Assembly: GCF_031769215.1 (NCBI RefSeq)
Contig: NW_026782025.1
Span: 868,001 to 932,000 of the forward strand
Source of the DNA: Ylistrum balloti
Lineage: Eukaryota
DNA: 64,000 bases
Reading direction: 5' to 3'
Numbering within the stretch: the first letter of the stretch is position 1; every line of letters starts with the position of its first letter. The translations under genes were made by a program, and so were the position numbers. The notes beneath the pieces were generated by a model. The model did not search any database, was not told the DNA's origin, and saw only the letters and a program-made list of their open reading frames with translations. This document shows positions 31,501-44,352 of this stretch, one piece after another.

Positions 31501-32699
31501 TTTACAATTTTGTTTTATAAAACCCATGATTTTACAATTTTGTTTTATAAAACCCATGATTTTACAATTTTGTTTTATAAAATCCACGATTTTACAGCTT
31601 TGTTTTATAAAATCCACGATTTTACAATTTTGTTTTATAAAACCCACGATTTTACAGTTTTGTTTTATAAAACCCATGATTTTACAGTTTTGTTTTATAA
31701 AATCCACGATTTTACAGCTTTGTTTTATAAAACCCATGATTTTACAATTTTGTCTTATAAAACCCATGATTTTACAATTTTGTTTTATAAAACCCATGAT
31801 TTTACAATTTTGTTTTATAAAACCCATGATTTTACAATTTTGTTTTATAAAATCCACGATTTTACAGCTTTGTCTTATAAAACCCATGATTTTACAATTT
31901 TGTTTTATAAAACCCACGATTTTAGTTTTGATAAGTTTAACGTTACTTCATCAGTAACAGGCGTTTCTTATATTCTACATTAAAATGGTCCCTGTTTACC
32001 TATTATTTGTCTTTTATTAATCTGTCTTGTGCCTTTTTACCGATGGTCAGTCTGGTTTATTTTGTATTGTTACGGTGTTGGTATAAATAAAATGAAAATT
32101 AATATCTAAAAACTTTAAAAATTTGTAAGATTAATGAAGAAATAAAGATGATCGTAAATAATTAAAAAAAAATCCAATTACTTGTTCGATAAATGAACTA
32201 CTGTATACTATATAAAGATCGCCCAGGGTTTAAATATTTATTTTCGTCCGATGTTAATATTCGCGTTGGAAGAATTAAAGCAGCTCTATCTTCAAACATT
32301 TGATGACAAAATGACAAAGTTTGTGGAAGTTAAAATACGACGAAATACTACCGATATTATTAAATAACGAACCCAATCTTCTACTTTATACTTCCTGCTT
32401 ATCATGTCGGAAACATGCCTATAACCAGTAATAATTAATGAAGTAGATGTTGATATAATTACAAACTCACTTGTACACCTGTCTTGGATGGATCCCTCCT
32501 TAACACATCGTTTACTGCTGACGTCTACAACGTTACCCTTAGGACAGCGGAACTGTGACATCACGGTCCCCACACACATGTAGAACACAGAACAGTCTTT
32601 AGGATCCCCTATCCATCGAACACCAACATTCCCGTCACAAATCTCGCGAGATTCTGACAGAACAAACGCTCCGACCACCAAAACAATCAACTTCTCCAT
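28579..32699 (-). CDS. Gene B: secreted triple CBM14-like chitin-binding protein, 227 aa
   Basis: Minus-strand exons 32699-32471, 30831-30616 and 28817-28579 with phase-1 GT-AG introns, 684 nt in frame. Signal MEKLIVLVVGAFVLSES; DPKDCSVFYMC; SCAKYIDC..ECSYPQLYDE; DYDANKC..CIPC..RMPSCDGYPDG..SPYYVVC..LFDPVLKKC. Confidence 0.92.
29852..30097 (+). repeat. 33-bp minisatellite (GGTTAGCACATGTAAACGACAACTGCTGTTCTA), ~7 copies, gene B intron 2
   Basis: Near-identical 33-bp units, one of them truncated. Confidence 0.95.
30460..30562 (+). repeat. Low-complexity (TTTTTG)n / poly-T / poly-G tract
   Basis: Seen directly, about 50 nt inside gene B intron 2 from the donor. Confidence 0.9.
31070..31924 (+). 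repeat. 30-bp minisatellite (TTTATAAAACCCATGATTTTACAATTTTGT), ~28 copies, gene B intron 1
   Basis: Period 30. It produces the stop-free ORFs of 241-298 aa in the track. Confidence 0.97.
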
Positions 32700-32732
32700 A
32701 TCACTTAGATACAACTTCAAAGTGAATCTGTC

Positions 32733-32739
32733 TTTTATA
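32733..32739 (-). promoter_or_regulatory. Putative TATA box of gene B
   Basis: TATAAAA on the minus strand, 34-40 nt upstream of the ATG at 32699. Confidence 0.55.
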
Positions 32740-32910
32740 AAAAGAAATGCCCTTTAATATATCACTATTTTGTGTTAGACTCCTTGTTAATGCACCAAAG
32801 GATGATAGATTCAACTTAACACTGGTATTATGTGGTATGGAGTCGGTTATGTACCTTTTATAGAAACTGACCACTCCTAGGATGACCCCGAAATTCAAAA
32901 AGTACAGGAA

Positions 32911-32918
32911 TGACGTCA
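32911..32918. promoter_or_regulatory. Perfect CRE palindrome TGACGTCA in the divergent B/C promoter interval
   Basis: Consensus CREB/ATF site about 170 bp upstream of the gene B TATA. Function is inferred only. Confidence 0.35.
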
Positions 32919-33829
32919 ATAGATCGTGATGCTGGTATTGCTAGTGGTTATGACACCAGAAACATCCAGAAGCATCTAAATACCCGTATCGGTTAAACAA
33001 AGTGGTGCAAGTTGTACCAATATCATTCATATTTAAAGTTATCCAATCAAGACAGCCCACACTTGGTATAATACGTGATTTAGTGAAGGAAACAGTCGAC
33101 AAACATTCGTAAAGCATTCTGCAATTATTGATATCTTACTGTTATCTATCACGTTGAAACTCTCATTAGAATAAAAAATGAAAAAAGCTTATTTATTTTT
33201 CTACAATTACTTTTTCAAATAATTTATTTTGTTTCTCCCATTCCTTTTCTGTTCACCATTCTTTCTCTCTTTATAACACCGTAAATAAATTTAAAATGAA
33301 AACAGGGCGATGTGCGAAGTTCTAAATATATCTACACGTAAATTTTAACGCCCACGAAATTACGGATACCTGGGTATGCATGACCTACCTACCGACACAA
33401 ACTTGTCACGTATTTGTAACATGGTGCACATGAAATGCTAAACTGCCCAGTAGGTGAACGATATAGTGCCAAGTCAATAGTGGCGGACTCACTCTCACGT
33501 GATATGGGAAGGGGCAGATTTAGGGACCCTCCAAGTCGATATCATATCAAGAAAATATGCTAAGTATGTATGTTGATGAAATGTGTAATTCTATTTCCGG
33601 AGATATCAACTGGAGAGGGGGAGGCGAGGGCGAGTTTGTCAACAACGTGGGATCGAGGCGTTCTACTTCGTCATTTCCTGTGACCTGTAAAGTGATTCTT
33701 ATAGCATCATTGCAATTTTGGGATAGTTCTAAAAAGGTATTTATACTGGAACTATCAGACGATGGAGCATAGACTTAAAATTTCTTTAGTGTTCACTGTT
33801 CTGAGGGAAATTTAACAACAGAAATCATC

Positions 33830-35021
33830 ATGAATGGATTTGTTTTACTATCAACTCTCGCGATGGTATCGGCGTTCGAGATAACCAGAGAATGTGAGAG
33901 TAGCACCGGTGTTCAGTGGAAAAAAGACCAGGACGATTGTTCCGTGTTCTATCTGTGTTACAATGGTCGGAAAACTAGATACTACTGTCCTGAAAACATG
34001 GTGACAGATCCAAACAGCCAGAGTTGCGTTCCAAGAGGGTCGACACTGGATAAATGTAGGTATCTCAAAGTAACGTATTGTCAATGAATTGATCTTGAAA
34101 CAGTTATAATTTGTTTTTTAATGGAGCTACTGTTTAATATTTATTAATAGGTTGATATATGATTTTAATTGTGGTTGAATTTTTACAGGCTCTGGAAAAG
34201 GTAAGCCTGTCCCACAATGCAACGCTGCTTTGAAGGAGTCCTGTGCAAGATATATTGCTTGCCCCGTTCCGAAAGAGACGGGGACACCAGTTATACCAGA
34301 GGTACAAGAGTGTCCCTACCCACTACTGTATGACGAGGAGAGTCAGCGGTGTGCCTACCCAGAAACTGTCAAATGTGGAGACAGGACCGAACCCAAGGAT
34401 CCTTGTAAGTACATACACGCTATAAGAAAAGATAGTTGTTATATTTGTGTTCAGTGTTTGTTATGACGATGTAAGTTTAGTTTTAATACACGTAACATGG
34501 GCTCTGGTAATTTTAAATCATATTTCCGGGCTTGTTCATAGAAATATTATATTTTATACTTTCGGTTGATTATTTATCAAGATGAATGTTTGTTAATTAC
34601 AAAACTCGGTTGTTTTTTATGTGCTGATAATCATTGACACTTTACTGTTACATAAGCAATCGGTAATAGGTTTAAAAGACTAAATATCATCAAATGATAT
34701 GAAAACTGCAATAAAATTATAATATATATATATATATTAAAATGTAATAGTAACATATTTGCTCTCTTTTTCACTTTCTTGCACAATCTTACAGGTGATT
34801 ATAAGGCTAACCAGTGTCAGGGTCCTAATTGTGTGCCGTGTAGTGACCGTCACCCAGGTTGTTCCGGACGACCGGACGGACTAAATGTATGGAGCGGGAG
34901 AGAGAAGACTCCTTATTTTGTTGTTTGTCGAGGCGAACGTGTAGTGTACCAGGGTCTGTGTCCCCAGGGCAATAAAGGACAGATATTTGATCCCGAAATA
35001 AAGGGCTGCGCGGATATATAG
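33830..35021 (+). CDS. Gene C: secreted triple CBM14-like chitin-binding protein, 222 aa
   Basis: Exons 33830-34055, 34189-34404 and 34795-35021 with phase-1 GT-AG introns, 669 nt. Signal MNGFVLLSTLAMVSA; DDCSVFYLCYNG..YCPENMVTDP; SCARYIAC..ECPYPLLYDEE; DYKANQC..CVPC..CSGRPDGLNVW..PYFVVC..IFDPEIKGC. Confidence 0.94.
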
Positions 35022-35201
35022 GGAGACATGGAACGCATCTTTGACCAAAAGTGAACGTGTGGACCTGTAGAGCGAACAATTGTAATGAATACATGTTGAA
35101 GTGTAAATGTATTTCGGCAAACCGATATTATATTGATTCTCCACAATGATATTTCTTTTCTGAGATTAAATGTTACACTGTACATTTTTACAACAGTTTG
35201 T

Positions 35202-35207
35202 AATAAA
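35202..35207 (+). terminator. Putative polyadenylation signal of gene C
   Basis: AATAAA 181 nt after the stop, conserved in the homologous 3' UTR of gene D (39079-39084, minus). Confidence 0.6.
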
Positions 35208-37519
35208 AAATGGACTTTATTTCTTTCTGTATTTGTTTTATTTGAAGTGATAATACAATAATCTGACAAAGTTAATATAACAGTGTTATTAATATGACAT
35301 CTGACTTATCGCTTACAATGTTAGAGTTTATGTTGTTGTTCAATATTATGATCATTTCAAACTTTTTCTATCTGACATCACAGATTACAAATTAACATTA
35401 TCAATTACAAAACAATATGACATGATATTGCTGCATAACGAATAACAACATTCAAATAAATATTAATTCTACATCATTTTGTAATTGCTATATCATATTT
35501 ACATATTTTATTCTGCATGGTGAATCAACATCCAATTCTTACTATCAACTATTCCAGTTTATAATTGGTCATTAGTAAGACATCGTTAATTTTTTTCTCA
35601 TTAATAGATTCTAATGACGACCATAGGAGAAATAAAACGATAAGAGGGAAGTCATCTTAAGAAAGAAGGCGACATCTACCATGTAAATAAAATTCAAAAC
35701 GAAAATATTTCTCACACAGAATCAAACTCTTACGTAAAACAGTCAACAGTAAATACGGTGACTCTTGAAAAATGGAAGAACAAAAGTAGACAATGACACG
35801 ATGTCTAGGTGAGGACCGTGTAACTAACATAAATCACCCATGCATGCTAGAAGAATCTACCGATAGCTTGCGTGATGCAATTATGAATGAATTGATTTAA
35901 TCTAGATTAAAAACTAGATCCAATTGAGGCCAACAATGAATAAAATTGTACCACATAGCTGTGTTTCAATGACTCGTGAGTGATGCTAATAGCCTCACGT
36001 TTACATTCTCGTATTCCATCGGCCTGGCGAAGTGAAACCAATTGCAGTAACTGTGGGAGATCATAATGCACTTTTGATACCTAGGAAGCGACTGAGAAAA
36101 GCCAGACATAATCGAAAAAGATGTAAAAAATTAGGTTTGGAGGTACATTACACAATAAATCAATAAGTTTTGTTTTTTAACCTAAATACTTGTATCTGAT
36201 AATGTCAAAATAATGTGAGATAAATGTATATATGCTAAATCGTGCCACTTTCCTAATGTTACTGCAAATGTTACCAACGAAACACAAATGAATTTTACCC
36301 ACAAGAGAGTAGCACCTCAAGTTTAGAATCAGATACAGTAGAGCCAAGATATAAAGCAATCTAAATGATATTGATGAATCGTCCTTGTAAGACTCAACAG
36401 CTTAAATTGTTGAAATGTTGTAACATAGGACGACACTGAGGAAAATCAATAGACGTGAAATGTTAAAATCTAGGTAGGTAGGTGGAAGGGTGGGTGGCTA
36501 GGTCGGTTCATTATCCCCGTAGTTCAATTTTTAGAACGCCAAATACATGTGTATGTATTCTGACACCTGTCACTATTCTTATGAATTTTGAAAAATTGCA
36601 TGCAGTTTATGGCAGACCGTGAAGACGTAAGTCTACCTGCAAAGTCTCAAAAAGCTAAAAAGATTGTACAAAAATGAAGAACACCTTCCTATACAGAATA
36701 AGATACAAAGGAGGAAAACAAAGCATTCAACTGTGTTATATATCAGATCCTTCTAGGATACATCAGTGATGGCGCCAAGAATATAAAAAAGGCTACAAAG
36801 GAAAATCGAAATTGGCAAAAAGCCAAAGTCAGATATATAGATGGAGATGTCACTGTCCTGTGAAGTCAGTAAACTGCTGAATGGTTTAAAATATCGTGTT
36901 TCCGTGTGAATATTCTATACCATGGCTTATTCAATACAAATGTGGGGTTGGTTTTGCGAAGACTCCGGTAACTGTCCCGATTAGCTCCCTTATAGGCCTT
37001 CTTTAATGCTGTCATCAAACATGGTTGCTGGAGTATATAGCAAACCCTGGTCAATTAATTAATTAAATTCGTGAAACATGCTTTTAACCTAAATCAGTTT
37101 ATGTTGTTGAATGTTTTAACAAAATATGCTTATACTTCAAACCTGTGGTCGTTAACAACTACAACATTACTTAGCATTTACCTAGCATGTCGGTTCATAG
37201 TCTCTACAATACAGATGTAGAATACATTTGCAATTTTAAAAGAAAAAACGAGAAAAGTTAAGAAGGGGGACAACTCCTATTAACTTCTACGAAATTCCAC
37301 ATCTTTCTGTTTAATTTGTCATTTTTATTTCTTTTTAACGAATTTAACATTAAGTAAGCAGCTTATCTTCTACCGGTACTAAAGGGTTTTTTAAAATTTT
37401 TTTTAATGGCATCTTTTGGATGTTTTATTCCTTAATGAAAAACCCACCTCATTTCTACCTAACACTCTTATGGCTAGAGCTAACGGAACAGCAGACCGTA
37501 TCACTGTTTTTTCAGTGAT

Positions 37520-38460
37520 TCAAGTGAAACAGCTTTATGATACCTTTGATTTATCATCTAGTACATACTGTTAAACAACAGTATAAATCAAAGGCATCAT
37601 GAAGGTGTTTTGTCCTTGCATGACCCACAATGAATTATGAACAAAAGTTTGTAATGAAAAACGATCTTGAATTTGTATTTGTCTATTGTATAACGCATTT
37701 GAATATGTTTGAAAAGTTTCATAAACTTGTTCCTCTGACACATTTAAGTTTTAGTGTACGACAAGTGGACACGCTTAACGATAAGTACAATTTGTTCCAC
37801 AAAGAAGACACAAGTGAACAGCGCCTATCTTTCAAATATAGAACTGGATGAAGCATACATATATCTAAATATAGATGAGGATGTATAGTCAGCATATATT
37901 TTTTATGATTCGGATAATTTCATAACGTACATGTCTAAATTCTCTGAACCGCACTATCATTAAAATAAAATCAAACTTCAAGGGCAAAAGCCATACCAGG
38001 AGATTCTATCACCTGCAATCCAAAAGGGCTGTATAAAAGACAAAAGCATGCTTTCCACAAAAATCATATATAGATACAGTAAAGTTAAATAAAAGATTTA
38101 ATCTTCTTTACATATGTACAGCTCTTAGATCGTTTTGCGACTCGGAAGTGAGTTGTTCAAGATCAATATCAAATAGAGACAGGAATATTTCAACCTCAGT
38201 CAATAGGGAAATGAACTGAAACGTAATATGTAACGTGTGAGATAAATTAATCTTTGCACATGTACAGTTGTTAGGTCGTTCTGCGACTCGTCCGTGATGC
38301 TAGGGGCCTAAAATATCAGGAAGCGACTGAGAGCAATCTAAATTGTCCAAGATCAATATCAAAATAGAGACAGGAAGCGCAGGATTTCAAAATAGGAAAA
38401 TTCTAAACTCTGCCACTAGGGAAATGAACTAAAACTTAATATATAAGATGTGAGATAAAT
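37520..38460 (+). mobile_element. Degenerate Penelope-like retroelement remnants (RT fragments plus a partially duplicated segment)
   Basis: Broken frames give TFDLSSST (cf. TFDFSTLYT), YLNIDED..FYDSDNF (cf. YLxIDxxG..LYDKRDDF) and GPK.YQEA (cf. GPKYRE). Segment 38100-38250 is repeated at 38250-38460. Confidence 0.5.
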
Positions 38461-39264
38461 CATGACACATATGATAACATTAAAACAGAAAACGTCGATA
38501 TAGCAACATAATGTAACAAAGCAAAAGCAAAACAGAAACCATAGAAAATGTGACGACACCCGACATGTAAATCTTAGTACCAGGAATGCCCTGATCTCAA
38601 ATGAGTGTTCACTATAACGGGACTAACAGGCCTATCAACGCGCATTAAACAAATAGCGTTAATACCAATGAAATCACTATAACGGCCATAATCTTCTTCA
38701 ACCTTCATCTCTTAGAATACTCTCTTTGAGTTTTGGTTTTTGTTTCTTTTGTCAGCTGTCGATATATTGTCCTGAAACCATGATGCTTAATTGTAACTTT
38801 TGATTGCGAGACCTGTAGCATCATAACATTCATGTCAAATAAGCGCACGCTTCATACCAATAACCAAAACAAAGGGGAATAATTTGAAAAAAAATTTTTA
38901 TTACAAAATATTGTAAAGATGTACAGTGTAATTTAATCTCAGTAAACGGAATATCAAGATGGAGAGAATAAATGTAACATCGAAATAAGTCTATACTGTT
39001 ACACGTATTTTTACAATTCTTCACACAAGTCCAAATATCCCTTTAATTCAGGATCAAAGAAAGAAATAGTGTCCATTTTTTATTACAAAATGTTGTAAAT
39101 GTGTACAGTATAACATTTAATATCAGAAAAGAAATATCATTGTGGAGAATCAATATAATATCAGTTTGCCGAAATACATTTACACTTCAACATGTATTCA
39201 TTACAATTGTTCGCTCTACAGGTCCACACGTTCACTTTTGGTCAAAGATGCGTTCCATGTCTCC

Positions 39265-40749
39265 CTATATATCCGTGCAGCCCTTTATCTCGGGATCAAA
39301 GATCCGTCCCTTATTGCCCTGGGGACACAGACCCTGGTACATTACACGTTCGCCTCGACAAACAACAAAATAAGGAGACTTCTCTCTCCCGCTCCATACA
39401 TTAAGACCGTCCGGTCGTCCGGAACAACTGGGGTGACGGGCGCTGCAGGGCACACAATTAGGACCTTGACACTGGTTAGCCTTATAATCACCTGTAAGAG
39501 AGGGAGAGCACATTTTTTACTATAAGTTATAATATCAGGAGTCATGACGGTACATTTAAAAATATAGATCCTATATTCTGTTTCAATCAGGTCATTTTAC
39601 TTCTCGATTCTAGACTGACTAAAACATTAAGTGATTCATTTCATTGTTTTTCTTACTTTTCAATCAATTGTACATTTCACAGAAATGTAGAAGGTTATCT
39701 TTAATGAGTGCCCAGAAGAAATAAGACAATTCTTACGAATCATAGAGCCTTGTAATCGAACAAAACCAGGAAACATTTAGCTCGACATTATTAATAACAA
39801 TCACTTGTCTAAAATATCACTCATCATTTTTCCAAAAGTAAACACTAAATAGGAGAATCATTTTTGGATATCATCATGAGTGTTAAACATATTAACAAAA
39901 TGATTTAAATATATATTTATATCGTCATAACAAACACCGAACACAAATATAACAACTATATTGTCTTATAGAGTGTGTGTACTTACAAGGATCCTTGGGT
40001 TCGGTCCTGTCTCCACATCTGACAGTTTCTGGGTAGGCACACCGCTGATTCTCCTCGTCATACAGTAGTGGGTAGGGACACTCTTTTACCTCTGGTATAA
40101 CTGGTGTCCCCGTCTCTTTCGGAACGGGGCAGGCAATATATCTGGCACAGGACTCCTTCAAAGCAGCGTTGCATTGTGGGACATGTACTTTTTTGTTTGA
40201 GCCTAGAAAATAATGGAAAATCTTAACTTAACACCCGATCTTATTCTTCTTGCGCTTTTTCAGGTGTCCTCATGTAAATCTTTTATCTTTTTCATATTTT
40301 ACCAAAGTTTTATTGAATTTATATTCTGAATCTGTTCACATACTGGTATTTCCTGATGTTTTTGAAAAGGTATCTGTTAAGACTTTCTTTTCTTTCTAAG
40401 GTATTTGAAAGTAAATAAGATTTGTAAATAATGGATTATGAACTATGAAATGAATTATGTTAATTAGCCAAATCATTGTAGGTTAATGTAAGTTCTGTCC
40501 CAATCTGTATAATATTTACTTACATTTGTCCAGCTTCGAGCCTCTTGGCACACAAGCTTTACTGTCGGGATCTGTAACCATGTTTCCGGGGCACGAGTAT
40601 TGAGTGCGGTGTCCATTGTAACAAAGATAGAACACGGAACAATCTGTCGGGTCTTCTTTCCACTCGACACCGGTATTACTCTGACACTCATTACTGACTT
40701 CCAAAGCCGATACGACTGACAGAACTGATAACAAAAACATCACCTTCAT
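39265..40749 (-). CDS. Gene D: secreted triple CBM14-like chitin-binding protein, 222 aa (closest paralogue of C)
   Basis: Minus-strand exons 40749-40524, 40202-39987 and 39491-39265, the same lengths as gene C (226/216/227). Phase-1 GT-AG introns; signal MKVMFLLSVLSVVSA. TATATATA ~80 nt upstream (40825-40834). Confidence 0.94.
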
Positions 40750-42224
40750 ATTGGCAGATTTTCAAAGGCTTTCCGTCTTGTCGTAGTATTTCTTAGTTTG
40801 GTTAATATTTCTGAGCTTGCTTCCTATATATATATTCTGATCAACCCACGAACGTATCGATGATATCATTTTGAACTATTTTGATGATCCCTCTGCCGCC
40901 CACTCTTGTCTATGTGCCCTGTAGTAGTCAAACACGAGACACACGATGATCATTCTGGTTTTTGTTGGCATTTCAACAATTCTCGTGGTCATCTCAGACT
41001 TTACGTCAAAAGGACAGGCTTTCCTAACAACTTTGTGATCGCAGGTATTTAGACTACTCGTGTCGTAATATCAACATTTTTGTTATATCAATATCTCCTC
41101 CCTTCATGTCCCAAACATGGGTGGTTCTTTTACATATTTTGTTTGCCATAACGCACAAACAATGTCCGTGCCTAATTGTGGGTGGTTGTTATAGTGGACT
41201 TTGAACTCAACATTTACCAGACCATTCCAGAAATTTGACTTAGAGATGTAATGTATAGTATAAGACAGAAACATACTTTCGATGCTGTTTAACAGTTAAC
41301 GACACTTAGATCCTTCGAAAAGTGGACTTTTAATAATCAACTGATCATGCTATCGGGACGATAGCATTACAAAGAAAATACTAGATAGTTTTGAAAACAA
41401 TTAATGACAAACTTTTATAAAATGTTATCTTATTACAGAACATAACATTAAGTTGATCCAAGTTTTTTCTAGTAAATTTGAATATAATCATTAAATGTTT
41501 TTAAGGATTTTAAATCAATGTACTTTCGTTATGATTACGGCTATTCAGAACAATTGTAAGGTTCGTGGCAATCCTTCTTTATTTCCGCAATTGAGCATCA
41601 CGGACTGGTCTTAGCAGGATAATATAGTTCTATACATTCCTGTTTAATACAAATTAAATACTCGCTAAAGGTTGTCTTTCACTTGTGTGTTTTGTACAAC
41701 CCTCTTTAGCTCGGCATCCTGTCCCTACATCATGTCGTTTTAATCTTATATAATTATGCCATCAAGGCACTCGACGGAAGTTTTGACTGAGTGTATATTA
41801 AACTCTCGTCGATCTTAAAATTGTCAAAACATACTCTTAACTTATATCTTGAATGGTTGTTGTCGCTGCTTGCTAAAGCTAAACAGCGTAAAACTGCGTG
41901 TCTTAGCTGGCTGTTTTTCAACATTATATATCAGTAGATAAACTGCATTTAACGATGAAGAATTTCCGTTTTATTTCATTTTTAAGAGGGGAAACAACTT
42001 CTGCTATATTCTGAAGTATTTATATTTTTAGATTCCCAAAAATAATCGGTTTGGAAATTGCCTTCTCCTTTTGTTGTTTAATAAAGATGCAAGGAACAAT
42101 CGCTACATTACCATTGTCTTTTCCCAACATAGACTTACAAGTATTTGCTTCCACAATTAATTTATCTTTACTTGGTAGGCATTCTCACCTAACGATCTAT
42201 ATCCAGGATTGATCAAGATTAAAG

Positions 42225-42545
42225 TGGATCTAGAATAAGTGAGATGTGATTAAACAGGGGAAATAAGGGGGCGTTTGATCTAGAAGTAGTGAGATAAGTT
42301 GTTATACGGGGGAGAAGAGGGGGCATTTGATCTAGAAATAGTGAGATAAGATGTTAAGCATTAGAGATAAGGGGATATTTGATCTAGAAATGATGAGATG
42401 TGTGGATAAAAAGGGGCGATAAGGGAGCATTTGACCTAGATATAGTGATATATGTGGTTATACGGGGGAGATGAGGGTGTTTGTGATCTAGAAATAGCGG
42501 GATATGTCGTTATACAAGGGAGATAAGGGGTATGATCTTGAGACT
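42225..42545 (+). repeat. Old degenerate ~52-bp tandem repeat, ~6 copies
   Basis: Recurrent TTTGATCTAGAA..AGTGAGAT..GGGGAGATAAGGGG at roughly 52-bp spacing. Confidence 0.7.
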
Positions 42546-42630
42546 AGATAATAGATAATCATTATTGTTATTCGGTCTCTGACAATAGAACCTTTCTCAA
42601 AGATCCTTCACCCCTTGCTTCTGCCACCTG

Positions 42631-44352
42631 TATATACAAGTTATTGTGCCCTCGACAATTGCGTTGTCCATAAATACATACGGGATGTAGAAGGGAGGGT
42701 GATGGGTCTTTATACAAGTTATTGTGCCCTCGACAATTGTGTTGTCCATAAACACATACGGGATGTAGAAGGGAGGGTGATGGGTCTTTATACAAGTTAT
42801 TGTGCCCTCGACAATTGTGTTGTCCATAAACACATACGGGATGTAAAAGTAAGGGGTGATGGGTCTTTATACAAGTTATTGTGCCCTCGACAATTGTGTT
42901 GTCCATAAACAACATATGGGATGTAGAAGGGAGGGTGATGGGTCTTTATACAAGTTATTGTGCCCTCGACAATTGTGTTGTCCATAAACACATATGGGAT
43001 GTAGAAGGGAGGGTGATGGGTCTTTATACAAGTTATTGTGCCCTCGACAATTGTGTTGTCCATTAACACATATGGGATGTAGAAGGGAGGGTGATGGGTC
43101 TTTATACAAGTTATTGTGCCCTCGACAATTGTGTTGTCCATAAACACATACGGGATGTAGAAGGGAGGGTGATGGGTCTTTATACAAGTTATTGTGCCCT
43201 CGACAATGGTGTTGTCCATAAATACATACGGGATGTAGAAGGGAGGGTGATGGGTCTTTATACAAGTTATTGTGCCCTCGACAATTGTGTTGTCCATAAA
43301 TACATACGGGATGTAAAAGTAAGGGGTGATGGGTCTTTATACAAGTTATTGTGCCCTCGACAATTGTGTTGTCCATAAATACATACGGGATGTAGAAGTA
43401 CGGGGTGATGGGTCTTTATACAAGTTATTGTGCCCTCGACAATTGTGTTGTCCATAAATACATACGGGATGTAGAAGGGAGGGTGATGGGTCTTTATACA
43501 AGTTATTGTGCCCTCGACAATTGTGTTGTCCATAAACACATATGGGATGTAGAAGGGAGGGTGATGGGTCTTTATACAAGTTAATGTACACTCGACAATT
43601 GTGTTGTCCATAAACACATACGGGATGTAGGGAGGGTGATGGGAGGGTGACAATGGGTCTTTATACAAGTTATTGTGCCCTCGACAATTGTGTTGTCCAT
43701 AAATACATACGGGATGTAGAAGGGAGGGTGATGGGTCTTTATACAAGTTATTGTGCCCTCGACAATTGTGTTGTCCATAAACACATACGGGATGTAGAAG
43801 GGAGGGTGATGGGTCTATATACAAGTTATTGTGCCCTCGACAATTGTGTTGTCCATAAACACATACGGGATGTAGAAGGGAGGGTGATGGGTCTATATAC
43901 AAGTTATTGTGCCCTCGACAATGGTGTTGTCCATAAACACATACGGGATGTAGAATGCAGGGTGATGGGTCTATATACAAGTTATTGTGCCCTCGACAAT
44001 TGTGTTGTCCATAAATACATACGGGATGTAGAAGTAATGGTTGATGGGTCTTTATACAAGTTATTGTGCCCTCGACAATTGTGTTGTCCATAAACACATA
44101 CGGGATGTAGAAGGGAGGGTGATGGGTCTTTATACAAGTTATTGTGCCCTCGACAATTGTGTTGTCCATAAACACATACGGGATGTAAAAGTAAGGGGTG
44201 ATGGGTCTTTATACAAGTTATTGTGCCCTCGACAATTGTGTTGTCCATAAACACATACGGGATGTAGAAGGGAGGGTGATGGGTCTATATACAAGTTACT
44301 GAGTCCCCCGACAATTGTGTTGTCCATAAAAACATATAGGATGTAGAAGGGA
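42631..44352 (+). repeat. 78-bp minisatellite, ~22 copies, in the D/E divergent intergenic region
   Basis: ACAAGTTATTGTGCC at 42636, 42714, 42792 and onward. Each unit contains GACAA-TTGTG-TTGTC. The 26-codon period explains the many ORFs here. Confidence 0.97.

Noticed and set aside
31061-31983. 241-298 aa ORFs on both strands (KPMILQFCFI / FYKTHDFTIL repeats)
   Set aside because: These are translations of the 30-bp intronic minisatellite. The period is a multiple of 3, with no promoter, splice context or unique sequence.
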